Positions 29,307-39,393 of a stretch of 64,000 bases of DNA are shown here, in pieces; position 1 is the stretch's first letter; the number at the start of each line of letters is the position of its first letter. The notes under the pieces were generated by a model that was not told the DNA's origin, did no database searches, and was given only the letters and a program-made list of their open reading frames with translations. The stretch comes from Pseudomonadota bacterium (GTDB lineage Bacteria; Bdellovibrionota; Bdellovibrionia; Bdellovibrionales; SG-bin7). Both the position numbers and the translations under genes were made by a program. The DNA lies in NCBI GenBank assembly GCA_034439715.1, contig JAWXAY010000029.1, forward strand, positions 128,001-192,000, in the 5' to 3' direction.

Positions 29307-30140
29307 TCAAGGTAGACGGGGGAACTTAGTAAAATCCGGTTTTCTTTTGCCAACATAAGCGTTTCTGCCCTCTTGCGCTTCCTCAGACATATAATATAAT
29401 AGGGTCGCGTTACCGGCCATATCGAGCAAACCCATTTGACCATCGCAATCAGCGTTTAATGCAGACTTCAAACAACGGATAGCGAGAGGTGAATGTTCTA
29501 ACATTTCACGGCACCACGAAACTGTCTCGTGTTCTAATTCTGAAAGCGGAACGACTTTATTTACCAACCCCATTTTTAGGGCGTCATCCGCATTATACTG
29601 GCGACATAAAAACCAAATTTCACGCGCCTTTTTTTGACCGACAATGCGAGCTAAGTAGCTACTACCAAGCCCTCCGTCAAACGAACCCACTTTAGGACCC
29701 GTTTGACCAAACACGGCGTTGTCAGCCGCAATTGTCAAATCACAGACGACATGTAACACATGACCGCCGCCAATCGCGTAACCCGCAACCATGGCAACGA
29801 CGGGCTTAGGCATGCTGCGAATTTGTTTTTGTACATCTAAAATATTTAATCGCGGCACTCCATCAAGTCCTACATAGCCTGCTTTACCGCGAACTTTTTG
29901 GTCCCCACCAGAGCAGAAGGCTTTATCACCCTGACCAGTTAATATAACGACGCCGACACTTGGCTCTTCACGGGCCCATTCAAAGGCTTCTTTTAATTCT
30001 TTAACTGTTTGTGGTCGAAATGCATTTCGAACTTCTGGCCGATTGATCGTAATCTTGCCGATGCCATCGTCAGTTTTATGAACTAATATATCTTCGAATT
30101 TTTTTACTTCATTCCACTTAATGGTTTTCATAAATCTCAT
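29307..30140 (-). CDS. menB: 1,4-dihydroxy-2-naphthoyl-CoA synthase
   Basis: [34 protein letters not shown]. Confidence 0.97.
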   Translation of the reverse strand: MRFMKTIKWNEVKKFEDILVHKTDDGIGKITINRPEVRNAFRPQTVKELKEAFEWAREEPSVGVVILTGQGDKAFCSGGDQKVRGKAGYVGLDGVPRLNILDVQKQIRSMPKPVVAMVAGYAIGGGHVLHVVCDLTIAADNAVFGQTGPKVGSFDGGLGSSYLARIVGQKKAREIWFLCRQYNADDALKMGLVNKVVPLSELEHETVSWCREMLEHSPLAIRCLKSALNADCDGQMGLLDMAGNATLLYYMSEEAQEGRNAYVGKRKPDFTKFPRLP

Positions 30141-30352
30141 CCTTTAAATCTACATGCTGATTACCAAACAAACCGCCTATATGGCACGGACTAACTTTCG
30201 ACTGTCTCAAAATTTGACGGTTTGCGTTTTTCATTATGTTTATCAAATACTTACGATGTTTTTATTTTACTATTCCGGGCTTATTCTTCCCAAAAATGTC
30301 CGTACACTCTTGTTTAAATCGAGCCTGCACACTATTCGCGCTCAAATCAGCT

Positions 30353-30368
30353 TGGCACTGGCCTTGAA
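30353..30368 (+). promoter_or_regulatory. sigma54 (-24/-12) promoter candidate
   Basis: TGGCAC-TGGCC-TTGAA (GA instead of GC at -12). Confidence 0.5.
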
Positions 30369-30480
30369 GTATATAGGTGTAACGGTGACAAAATTGCGCC
30401 TCATGCACGTTTCCTTTAATTAAAAACCAAACATATAGATATTGGATTTTTTTTATTAACCCTTTTGAAAGGAAACTTTT

Positions 30481-31647
30481 ATGAACTCGAATTTGAAAAA
30501 CAGAATGCTAATAGGCGTTTTGATACCTCTGGCATTATTTTTTACGCAAGGTTGTGGCAAAGTTAAGTTTAGCTCATCCTTTAGACCAACAGTAAATACT
30601 AATACCACTCCCCCTCCCGGCTATCTTCCCCCAGAGGTAGAAGAATGCCCTGAAGGTTGTTATAAAGAAACTTACCGCCAAAAAGAAGAGACTACTAAAA
30701 AATTAGATATCGTCTTTGTTACTGATACATCAGGTTCTTTAGATGCTGAACGACAAGAAGTAGCTGACGGTATTAAAAACTTTATCGGTCAACTTCCCCC
30801 CGGAACTGATTTCAACGTCAGCGTTGTATTAGGCCATGGCAGCACCAGCGCATATGCCGGTAAACTATATCAGACTAGTAGTGGTGAGCCGCTTGTACTA
30901 AAATCGACTGGAGCGGGCGCTCTAACAATTGCCCAAATTCAGACGCATCTTAAAAACAAGCTCACTAATATTAAGACAGATAACGACTCTGATGGTGGCG
31001 AAGAAGGTCTTTACTCTACCTCACAAGCCATTAAAGGTGCAAACCTAGCCAACGCCCAAAGCCTTGGAATGTTTCGCGCCGATGCTGGCCTTGCAGTGGT
31101 ATATATTGCTGACGAAAACGACATCTGCGCTCGTTACCCTGTCGGCGTTACTCGAGTAGTCGATCCCGATAACAAAGAAATTCCCGCATTTGTTCGTGAT
31201 TGTGAAGACATCACACACACAGGAGTTTATGGACAGCTTAAAAACTTAAAAGGCACTCTGCCTTTAGCTATAGGCGCCGTGATTTATACGGGCAAAGGTG
31301 CGATTCCCGCTGGTGGTGAAAACGAAATCGGTTATGGTTATAAAGAAATCGTATCACTTAACAATGGTGTATTAGTTGATATTGCTTCGCACAACATCAC
31401 TGCTGACCTGGCGAAAATTGGCCAATTGACAGGTGGTACTCTCATGTTAACGACTGAGTTTCAACTTACGCACTCCAACGTAAATCCGGCTTCTATCAGA
31501 GTTTATGTTGATGGTGTTCTGGTTCCTCATACTTACACGCCAGAAACAAACTCAGTTCACATTGCTGCAAATCAGTGTGGCGCAGGTGGATCAGTAATCG
31601 TGATTAAGTATTGCGAAAATGGCGTAGACGTTACCGACAATTTTTAA
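30481..31647 (+). CDS. vWA/MIDAS-domain lipoprotein
   Basis: Lipobox-like TQGC, LDIVFVTDTSGS (DxSxS), IADEND. Confidence 0.85.
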   Translation: MNSNLKNRMLIGVLIPLALFFTQGCGKVKFSSSFRPTVNTNTTPPPGYLPPEVEECPEGCYKETYRQKEETTKKLDIVFVTDTSGSLDAERQEVADGIKNFIGQLPPGTDFNVSVVLGHGSTSAYAGKLYQTSSGEPLVLKSTGAGALTIAQIQTHLKNKLTNIKTDNDSDGGEEGLYSTSQAIKGANLANAQSLGMFRADAGLAVVYIADENDICARYPVGVTRVVDPDNKEIPAFVRDCEDITHTGVYGQLKNLKGTLPLAIGAVIYTGKGAIPAGGENEIGYGYKEIVSLNNGVLVDIASHNITADLAKIGQLTGGTLMLTTEFQLTHSNVNPASIRVYVDGVLVPHTYTPETNSVHIAANQCGAGGSVIVIKYCENGVDVTDNF

Positions 31648-31663
31648 TAACTGACTTCTTTGA

Positions 31664-31687
31664 TTCGCACCCCATGCTGGGTGCGAA
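31664..31687. other. intergenic hairpin
   Basis: TTCGCACCC-catgct-GGGTGCGAA, 9-bp stem, no strong U-tract. Confidence 0.55.
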
Positions 31688-31719
31688 CTAACTTTAACTA
31701 ATATTTCAAGGAGATTTTT

Positions 31720-32337
31720 GTGAAACTGGTTCTTACATTATTGATGTTCGCGACTGTAACAGGCTCTTCAGCTTTGGCTAAAGAAATCTCATTTAAATCT
31801 CCCTACCATTCGGTGGAAGTAACCTCGCAACTTAAGATTCCCCATTATAAATTTTCTTTTGCCGAAGCCCAGGGGGAGTTTGCGAAGTTAAAACCCGAGC
31901 AAGTTAAAGAAAAAATAGCAATTGTCTTGACGATGAGTAAAGGTTCTAGACGAATTGTAAATAAAGATGGAACTTCCACCACCTGGTTAGCACCGCTATC
32001 CCGACCTCAGCTTTACAGCTTATATCGCAGAGTGAGCGGCGGCAAAGAAGAAATGTCAGATTCGACAGAAAAAGCATATCTCGCGCTACTCGACCAGAAT
32101 GGATATTCTATAGAAGACAACATAAAACTAAAGTTTGATTATGGCGTGCTTTCATTGAAAAAGTTCGAGTTAGATTTGAAAACACTCCCACAAAGTAATT
32201 TCGGCGTCAAATTTACTGCCGACGGCATAAATTATAGTAGAGATGATAATCGGATTCATGGGGAAATTTTAATTGACACTAGAGTAACACGCTCTGCAAA
32301 ACATCTCATCCCCAAGGAAGCTACTGGCGCAGACTAA
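31720..32337 (+). CDS. hypothetical exported protein
   Basis: AAGGAG RBS, signal peptide ending ALA. Confidence 0.75.
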   Translation: MKLVLTLLMFATVTGSSALAKEISFKSPYHSVEVTSQLKIPHYKFSFAEAQGEFAKLKPEQVKEKIAIVLTMSKGSRRIVNKDGTSTTWLAPLSRPQLYSLYRRVSGGKEEMSDSTEKAYLALLDQNGYSIEDNIKLKFDYGVLSLKKFELDLKTLPQSNFGVKFTADGINYSRDDNRIHGEILIDTRVTRSAKHLIPKEATGAD

Positions 32338-32358
32338 GGTTCATTGGGCTGTTCTGCC

Positions 32359-33915
32359 TTAAAAACTATCCCAAAATCTGTGAGTCGCGTCCCTATCTGG
32401 CGCGAGCTCAATCACAGTTGGTTGCGATTCTTCAAACTGATTGGGAATTTTCTCCCAACGAGACCACGGCAAATCCCACATTTTAGCCCAGTGTTGAAAC
32501 TGTAGCTGATGTTCATTTAAAAAAGACTTGCTAGTAAACATTCGTGAAAAAATTTGTCCGCCGCCATTATTGACCACTACTATTTTTATGTTTTTGGCCT
32601 CAAGTTGCTTTAAAATCCAAGGCGCCGACAAATCATACATTGCTGTAAGGTCGCCAAAAATTCCCCAATTTGGTTTTTTTGGGTGAGCATAACCTAAGAA
32701 GCTCGAAATCTGACCATCTATACCGTTAACACCGCGCTGACCAAATAGTTCCCAGCTTCGATTTTCACGAGTAGCAAAAAGCTCCCACTCACGAATAGGC
32801 GAGCTATTGCCTAAATATATTTGTGATTTTTTCTCAATAAGTAGCGATAAACGATGCAGCATAGCCGGCTCACTTGTAGGCTCCCGATCTAAAAGAGCCA
32901 TTACCTCTCGGTAGCGCGCGCGATCATTCATTAGGATTGTTGCTTTTTTTTCTGAGTCCGATTTGACTGGGCAGACAAATTTAGAAAAAAATTGTTGGAG
33001 GTTTGTGTGAACAAGTTTTCCGTGACTCAAACCCGAAAAAGGCAAATTGCTGACGGAGATAATTGGCATCATTTTAGGATTGTTTTCGATGTCCCGCCAA
33101 AACCGAGTGGTCGGCACTCCTCCAATGCGAACTAGTCCATCAAAATTGTTAGCATTCAATAGCGAATCACCCGAAACCAAAATTTGATTTTTTAGGATTG
33201 TCGACTCACGTAGGTTTGACAGGCCTTCAGCAAACACCAAAGCACCCGTATTTTTTAAAAAACTTTCGATCTCTGAGGACTCACTGGGATGTAAGCCTCC
33301 TAAAACAAAAATGGGATTTTTATACTTATTAAGAAATTCACTAAAAATTTCACGTTGCTCATTTATTTTTTTTTGAGTTAAAATATTTCCGGATTCAAAC
33401 TCAGAGGTGGCATATTGGCGAGATCCAATTTCTTCATCAATTAATGGTTCATCAAAACAGACATTGAGATGCAAGGGGCCTGCTTTTAACCATCCGTCGA
33501 GATTCCAAAATTCGTTCGTTGCCAAATCTAAAAAGTGTTCGACGTGTTCACCAAATAATTTTAATTGATTTATACTTTGAGGTGAGCCCGTGCCACGACA
33601 TTTACGGGGCCGATCGGCCGTGACAGCAATCAAGGGCGCACCCGTGTAGTGAGCCTCAACCATGCCTGGCAAAAGCTCAGCCGCTGCTGTTCCTGACGTC
33701 GTAAATAAGGCCAATGGTTGGGAGGTTTGTCTCATTCGGCCAAGTGCAAAAAACGCAGCCGCCCGTTCGTCAAAAAAATTAAATACTTTAAAGGTCTGTG
33801 TGCTGTCTAACAGAGTCACTAATGGGCTATTTCGCGCACCAGGGCACAGGGCAATTTCTTTTACTCCCACATTTGCCAACTGTTTTAAGATGTCATTGGC
33901 CAAACTAATATTCAT
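32359..33915 (-). CDS. menD: SEPHCHC synthase
   Basis: CPGARNSPL, DERAAAFFALG, TSGTAAAE, TADRP, RGVNGIDG, NNGGG.IF; ATG 33915 overlaps menF stop. Confidence 0.95.
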   Translation of the reverse strand: MNISLANDILKQLANVGVKEIALCPGARNSPLVTLLDSTQTFKVFNFFDERAAAFFALGRMRQTSQPLALFTTSGTAAAELLPGMVEAHYTGAPLIAVTADRPRKCRGTGSPQSINQLKLFGEHVEHFLDLATNEFWNLDGWLKAGPLHLNVCFDEPLIDEEIGSRQYATSEFESGNILTQKKINEQREIFSEFLNKYKNPIFVLGGLHPSESSEIESFLKNTGALVFAEGLSNLRESTILKNQILVSGDSLLNANNFDGLVRIGGVPTTRFWRDIENNPKMMPIISVSNLPFSGLSHGKLVHTNLQQFFSKFVCPVKSDSEKKATILMNDRARYREVMALLDREPTSEPAMLHRLSLLIEKKSQIYLGNSSPIREWELFATRENRSWELFGQRGVNGIDGQISSFLGYAHPKKPNWGIFGDLTAMYDLSAPWILKQLEAKNIKIVVVNNGGGQIFSRMFTSKSFLNEHQLQFQHWAKMWDLPWSRWEKIPNQFEESQPTVIELAPDRDATHRFWDSF

Positions 33916-34955
33916 ATTCCCAACATTTTTTTGACGACTTCTCGTTTTAGTTTTTGTTCGTCCCATTCCCGATTGAGTTCACTTTCATGTACTATGCCTG
34001 AACCTGACCCAATTTTAATTTTTTTATCTTGCCACTGAACATTGCGAATTGCGACTAAACAAATGCCTGTGCCATTTTCATTTCGTAATCCAAAAGGCGC
34101 GCCAAATCGCGATCTATCAGGATCGGTATTTATTTTTGAAAGCCATTTTTTTCCGGCGTCGCGAGGGGCCACCCCAAGCGCAGGAGTTGGGTGAAGCTCT
34201 TTAACAATTTCTTCAAACTCATGAGTCTGTTTTAGCTTGACCTCAATTTCTGTTTTAAGGTGTTCAAGGTACGGAAGCTGTAAAACATCGGTGGGTTGAG
34301 TTTTTACCTGACCCCAGCGCTCAAGAATCTGCGTGATCTCATCTATCACAATATAATGTTCGTTGAGTTCCTTTTTGTCCTGTAACAATGGCGCTCTATT
34401 TTTATCATCTCTTGGCCTTGTTCCCGCTAAGGCCATGGTCTTAATTTGATAGGGAGTCTTCAATTCAAAAAGTGTTTCAGGTGTCAAACCTAAAATCCCT
34501 GAGGTCTGGTCCCAATAACCATAAATTCTTAATGGAAAATCGAGTTGAGCCATGTGACTTAGCAAATATCTCTTAAATAAAATGCCTGTTTCAGTTTCTC
34601 CGTGTTCAAAAACTATTGGAACTCCTTTTCTTAATTCACCAATCGTAATCAATTCTTTAATAAATAAAAACTGCTCCTTAAAAAAAAGGGAAGAAGGAGC
34701 TTGCCATGAAATTTGTGGCGGGTGTTCCATGAATCCCATAGCCTTTTGGAATTCATGTATCCCCATCTCTTGAGTGTGCTGAGGGTGAAGCCAAGGCTCT
34801 TCCGTTGAAAGAAAAAAATCAGGTAGATAAAATGCCTTTTTGGATTCAAAGGGAGTCGCTGACCATTCCATCTCTCCCCAGCCAATATGAATTTTGCCAG
34901 GTAACGTTGCTATGATCACCCCGTGTTGCAAAAATTGCTCAACATTAAAGCTCAT
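33912..34955 (-). CDS. menF: isochorismate synthase
   Basis: TPETLF, MALAGT, KELNEH, LHPTPALG.P, VAIR, GSGIV..S. Confidence 0.9.
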   Translation of the reverse strand: MSFNVEQFLQHGVIIATLPGKIHIGWGEMEWSATPFESKKAFYLPDFFLSTEEPWLHPQHTQEMGIHEFQKAMGFMEHPPQISWQAPSSLFFKEQFLFIKELITIGELRKGVPIVFEHGETETGILFKRYLLSHMAQLDFPLRIYGYWDQTSGILGLTPETLFELKTPYQIKTMALAGTRPRDDKNRAPLLQDKKELNEHYIVIDEITQILERWGQVKTQPTDVLQLPYLEHLKTEIEVKLKQTHEFEEIVKELHPTPALGVAPRDAGKKWLSKINTDPDRSRFGAPFGLRNENGTGICLVAIRNVQWQDKKIKIGSGSGIVHESELNREWDEQKLKREVVKKMLGI

Positions 34956-35121
34956 CTAACCCTCTCCGCTTTGACGCGTGACACAAACTAAAGGATGTTG
35001 CACGGAACTAAAGGACTTTGTATAAAAAAGTTAACTTTATTTATAGGCAAAGGGATAGCCTACTTTCGAGGACCCAGCAAAACTTTTTGTATTTTATTTT
35101 GAAAAAGGGGCAGTACTCAGC

Positions 35122-35922
35122 ATGACGAGCGTCAACAAGTGTAAAGCGGTTACTATCGGAAACGTTTCGATCGGTGGGCCGAATTTTGTAGTGATTGCAG
35201 GCCCCTGTTCAATTGAATCCGAAGATATTTTGCGCGAGATAGCCGGCGGAATCAGAGGGTTTGGCGCCAGCATTCTGCGCGGCGGAATTTTTAAACTTCG
35301 CACCAGCCCTGATTCATTCCAGGGAGTGGGAAGCGATGGTCTTTTTGTTGCTAAAAAGATCCGCGAAGAATTAAAAATGCCCATCGTCTGCGAAATCACA
35401 GACCCCCGCCAAATTGGGGATATGCACGATATCGTCGACGCGTTCCAGGTCGGTTCGCGCAATATGTATAATTATTCGCTATTGAAAGAGCTCGGTACGT
35501 TAAAAAAGCCCGTGATGCTCAAACGGGGATTTTCTGCGCTAATAGAAGAATGGGTAATGGCCGCTCAATACATCACAAAAGGTGGCAACGATAATGTGAT
35601 TTTGTGTGAGCGTGGAATTAGGTCATTCGATCGCGTAACGCGAAACACTCTGGATTTGGCTTCGGTGGCTCATATAAAACAAAACTATTCTTATCCTGTT
35701 ATTGTTGACCCCTCTCATGCCACCGGAATACGAGAATTAGTGGCGCCTATGTCAATGGCCGCCGCGGCGGCTGGCGCCGATGGCTTGCTTATTGAAGTTC
35801 ATCCCAAGCCTGACCAAGCGCTGTCAGATGGCTTTCAGACTTTGGATTTTGATCAATTTAGTACCCTCATGAATCAACTCGGCCCATTGCTAAATCATCT
35901 AAAGCGCCCCCTATGGAGCTGA
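35122..35922 (+). CDS. aroF: DAHP synthase, type I-beta, catalytic barrel only
   Basis: IAGPCSIES, KLRTSPDSFQG, QVGSRNM, LKRG, CERGIR, DPSH. Confidence 0.93.
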   Translation: MTSVNKCKAVTIGNVSIGGPNFVVIAGPCSIESEDILREIAGGIRGFGASILRGGIFKLRTSPDSFQGVGSDGLFVAKKIREELKMPIVCEITDPRQIGDMHDIVDAFQVGSRNMYNYSLLKELGTLKKPVMLKRGFSALIEEWVMAAQYITKGGNDNVILCERGIRSFDRVTRNTLDLASVAHIKQNYSYPVIVDPSHATGIRELVAPMSMAAAAAGADGLLIEVHPKPDQALSDGFQTLDFDQFSTLMNQLGPLLNHLKRPLWS

Positions 35923-36635
35923 CCAAAGATCCTCAAAAAATTCGCTCGATGTTTGGTTCAATTGCCTCAAGATACGATATGGCCAATACCATTTTGTCCG
36001 GCGGCATTCATCATCTCTGGCGACGCGAGCTGGTACGCTTAAGCCAAGCCGAGCGCGGGTTTCGCGTTTTGGACTGCGCCACAGGAACTGGCGATCTTGC
36101 GTTCGAATTTAAAAAACAAGTGGGTATTGAAGGCCAAGTTATTGGCTGTGACTTTTGCGAAGAGATGCTCAGTTTGGCGCGCTTAAAATCCCACAAGCGA
36201 AGTCTTTCTCTAGTCTTTGAATTGGCAGACGTTACAAAACTGTCATACCCCAATGCCTGTTTTGATGTGGCCAGTATTGCTTTTGGCATTCGCAATGTTT
36301 CAAATCCCTTAATGGCAATTTCTGAACTTGCCAGAGTTGTTAGGCCTGGCGGCAAAATTATGATTTTAGAATTTGGTCAACCCGAGACTCCCGTTTTTAA
36401 ACAAATTTACGAACTCTATTCGAAATATTTAATGCCCCGACTTGGCGGAATGATATCAGGGTCGTTTGCAGCCTATAAATATTTACAAACAAGTTCTTCT
36501 CACTTTCCCTGCCGAGAAGAGTTCCTAGCAATGATGATGTCTACTAAACTTTTTTCTCGCTGTGAATACAAGTCATTGAGCGGAGGCATTGCGTATATTT
36601 ATTCGGGATATGTCGGCGATCTGCCTCAACACTAG
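35913..36635 (+). CDS. menG: demethylmenaquinone methyltransferase MenG/UbiE
   Basis: MFGSIASRYDMAN..LS.G.H..WR, LDCATGTGD, FGIRNV. Confidence 0.93.
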   Translation: MELTKDPQKIRSMFGSIASRYDMANTILSGGIHHLWRRELVRLSQAERGFRVLDCATGTGDLAFEFKKQVGIEGQVIGCDFCEEMLSLARLKSHKRSLSLVFELADVTKLSYPNACFDVASIAFGIRNVSNPLMAISELARVVRPGGKIMILEFGQPETPVFKQIYELYSKYLMPRLGGMISGSFAAYKYLQTSSSHFPCREEFLAMMMSTKLFSRCEYKSLSGGIAYIYSGYVGDLPQH

Positions 36636-36668
36636 CAAATAACAAATTCAAATAAAATATTTGAAAAT

Positions 36669-37757
36669 CTAAATTTTCGTTGGCACTTCATGCTGATTTT
36701 CAATTGCGCTCAAAAGCTTTGGAAATGACGATGAAGCTACCGACATAACAAACGGTCCCAAAAAAATACCCGGAAATCCAAAAACAGATACTGCGCCAAT
36801 AAGTCCTATTAGGCTAATAATCGGATTGAGGTTTTCTTCTGATCGTGCAACCAAATAAGGTCTAATAATATTATCAATAGTGCCCGATACAAATGATATG
36901 ACAATCATAAATACCGCCGCTCCATTCATCCCCATCGAAAAACAAAGCCCGGCCAGAAACAATCCAATGGGGCCAGCGCCAATGACAGGAATAAAGGAGC
37001 AAATAAAAGTCAGTGTGAATATAATGGCCCATTCGTTCAAGCCAACGACAAAGGCGGCCAGTGTGACGACAGATGCTTGCACCATACCGACGATGAAATT
37101 GGCAGAAAGCATGGTCCCACCTGAGGACTGCAAGAGTTCGTTGACCGTGTCGACCTCCTCTGCCGTAACAAGCCGCGAACGAAGCAAAAGCCCACGAAGC
37201 TTTTTGCCAAATCTAAAAAATAAAAACAGCATCAAAATGAATACCAAAAAGTGAACAAAAAATTCAGGCAACATAGAAAAAAATTTGGTTGAAATCTGTA
37301 AGGACCATTCCCCTATTTTTGTCATAAAAGCCTGAGACTGTTGACCTAACTTTGGATTAGATTTTATCCCCAGCACCGATAATGAAGATTGAATGCGTGT
37401 CTCTAGATATGCTGAGGAAGTTCCGACTGAATTATTAATTCCCTTAAGAAAAGCAATGGTCTTTTCTTTGTCAGCGCCCAGAGATAAATCGTAGATGCGA
37501 AAAATACAAAGCGAGGTGAGGGATGTAAAAACCATTATGACTAGTATGATTATTCCAATTACAATTCTTTGCCTGCCAATTCCATATTTCTTACGAATCT
37601 TTTCAACGAGAGGAGTTAAGCCAACAGCAAAGATTCCCGAAAGACTAATGGTTAGGATAAAAGGACTAACGATCGCGAAGAAGAACAAAAACGATAACGC
37701 CGTTATCGCCGCCAGCAGAAAATAGCCTCTGTTCTTTATAATGTTATTAAATCCCAT
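36669..37757 (-). CDS. AI-2E family transporter
   Basis: Multi-TM; SFIPVIG, DNIIRP, FG.PGIFLGP. Confidence 0.88.
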   Translation of the reverse strand: MGFNNIIKNRGYFLLAAITALSFLFFFAIVSPFILTISLSGIFAVGLTPLVEKIRKKYGIGRQRIVIGIIILVIMVFTSLTSLCIFRIYDLSLGADKEKTIAFLKGINNSVGTSSAYLETRIQSSLSVLGIKSNPKLGQQSQAFMTKIGEWSLQISTKFFSMLPEFFVHFLVFILMLFLFFRFGKKLRGLLLRSRLVTAEEVDTVNELLQSSGGTMLSANFIVGMVQASVVTLAAFVVGLNEWAIIFTLTFICSFIPVIGAGPIGLFLAGLCFSMGMNGAAVFMIVISFVSGTIDNIIRPYLVARSEENLNPIISLIGLIGAVSVFGFPGIFLGPFVMSVASSSFPKLLSAIENQHEVPTKI

Positions 37758-37905
37758 ATTACTATTTTACCTTTAAAATGAGCGTCATTATTATAGGCGA
37801 GGATTAATTCTGGCAATGATATTGTAATTATTTGCCGCTGGGGCATTTTACCCCGTCACCCCTCAGGCCTTGACTCTGGAACCTACAATCACATAAACAA
37901 ACTCT

Positions 37906-38529
37906 ATGCAGTACGAGGTAAGACCTTTCTTTATACTCTGTGATTTTTGTGGCCATCCGATTCCCACCATCGGTCATCTTCATGGAGGAGTTATGTGCGA
38001 TCGCTGCGGACATCACATCAACCGCCTCAAACCAAAATCAATTTCACGAACTCTAGCCTTTTCGCTAACGGCTTTATTCTTTTATATTCCCGCAAATATT
38101 TTTCCATTTATGACAATGGAGCTCTATGGCAGTCGCAATAGCGCAACTATTTGGAACGGCATTGTTTTGCTTGCAGAATCGGGCTCGTGGACGGTCGCCA
38201 TCATCGTTTTACTCGCAAGTATTCTCATTCCGTTATTAAAACTTGTCATACTTTTTTACTTAGCGCTGACAGCCTCTGATCAAAAACACGCCTATGCCAA
38301 GACGCAGCTCTTTCGAATTGTTGAAATTCTGGGTCGTTGGTCGATGCTTGATATTTTTTTGCTAGCAGTTCTGGTAGCGATCATGAAATTGGGACCATGG
38401 ACTTCTGTGCAACCAGAGATAGGTTCTCTATTATTTGCTTTGGTAGTTATTTTTACAATGTTAGGCTCGGCAAGCTTTGATTCAAAACTTTTATGGCAGG
38501 AAGAAAATGTCAGACAACTCAAAAATTAA
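37906..38529 (+). CDS. pqiA: paraquat-inducible protein A domain protein
   Basis: CDFC...CDRC, YIPANIFP, GRWSMLDIF. Confidence 0.9.
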   Translation: MQYEVRPFFILCDFCGHPIPTIGHLHGGVMCDRCGHHINRLKPKSISRTLAFSLTALFFYIPANIFPFMTMELYGSRNSATIWNGIVLLAESGSWTVAIIVLLASILIPLLKLVILFYLALTASDQKHAYAKTQLFRIVEILGRWSMLDIFLLAVLVAIMKLGPWTSVQPEIGSLLFALVVIFTMLGSASFDSKLLWQEENVRQLKN

Positions 38530-39358
38530 AATGATGCTCAAGAGGCCTAATATTAGTTGGGTAGTTTGGTTCTTTCCGGCCATTGCAGTTATTCTTACGA
38601 GCTGGCTGTTCTACGATTACTTTCAACATCGTGGTCCATTGATAAAAATTATTTTTACTGACGCATCGAGTGTCGAAGCGCAAAAAACACCACTGCGGTA
38701 CCGTGGCATCAATGTGGGCAAAGTAGAAAATATTGTCCTATCCCGTGACGGCAAGGAGGTTGTTGTTTTTGCCAGACTCACTAAAGACGCCAAAAGATTG
38801 GCTGTAGTTGGCACCAAATTTTGGGTGGTTCAGCCAGAAGTCGATTTCGAGGGAGTCCGTGGTTTAGAAACTATATTCAGAGGGTCCTACATTAGGGTAG
38901 AACCCGGCAAAGGAAAGTCTTCTCTTTTATTTCGCGGCCAAACTGGAAACGAAATTAATGACACCACTGCCGATACGGTTATGTACAGATTGCAAACCCC
39001 ACTCAGTGAATCTATCAATGTTGGGGATACCGTAACTTACCGCGGGCTCAAAGTAGGTTCCGTGTCAGGAATGAAACTCAGTCCCAAGTCGCAACTGATT
39101 GAAGTTCAAGTCAGCATAGAAAAACAGTATGCCAAACTTATTCGAACCAATACTGTCTTTTGGCGAAAAACCGGCATCCAAGCAAATTTGGGTTTATTTA
39201 ATTCTGAGATAAAAATTAGCTCGCTGGAATCACTAATGAGGGGTGGAATCGCGTTGGCCATTCCCAATGAACCTGGTCCTATTGCTAAATCACAAACTGT
39301 ATTTTCGTTGGAATCTAGCCAACCCAAGTCCGTTGAGAAGTGGGTACCTGAGATTTAA
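38507..39358 (+). CDS. PqiB-like protein with two MCE domains
   Basis: WVVWFFP, YRGINVGKV, FWVVQP, second YRGLKVG, FW. Confidence 0.88.
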   Translation: MSDNSKIKMMLKRPNISWVVWFFPAIAVILTSWLFYDYFQHRGPLIKIIFTDASSVEAQKTPLRYRGINVGKVENIVLSRDGKEVVVFARLTKDAKRLAVVGTKFWVVQPEVDFEGVRGLETIFRGSYIRVEPGKGKSSLLFRGQTGNEINDTTADTVMYRLQTPLSESINVGDTVTYRGLKVGSVSGMKLSPKSQLIEVQVSIEKQYAKLIRTNTVFWRKTGIQANLGLFNSEIKISSLESLMRGGIALAIPNEPGPIAKSQTVFSLESSQPKSVEKWVPEI

Positions 39359-39393
39359 ATTTTTCGCCGCTGTTATATTAACTGTTACATGAA

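Noticed and set aside
30154..30423. 89-aa ORF in the menB/vWA intergenic region
   Set aside because: No RBS or recognisable features, and it overlaps the promoter motifs
32290..32345. Possible menH remnant after menD (minus-strand LVCASSFLG versus LVFLHGFLG)
   Set aside because: Too short and weak, and antisense to an intact ORF; probably chance
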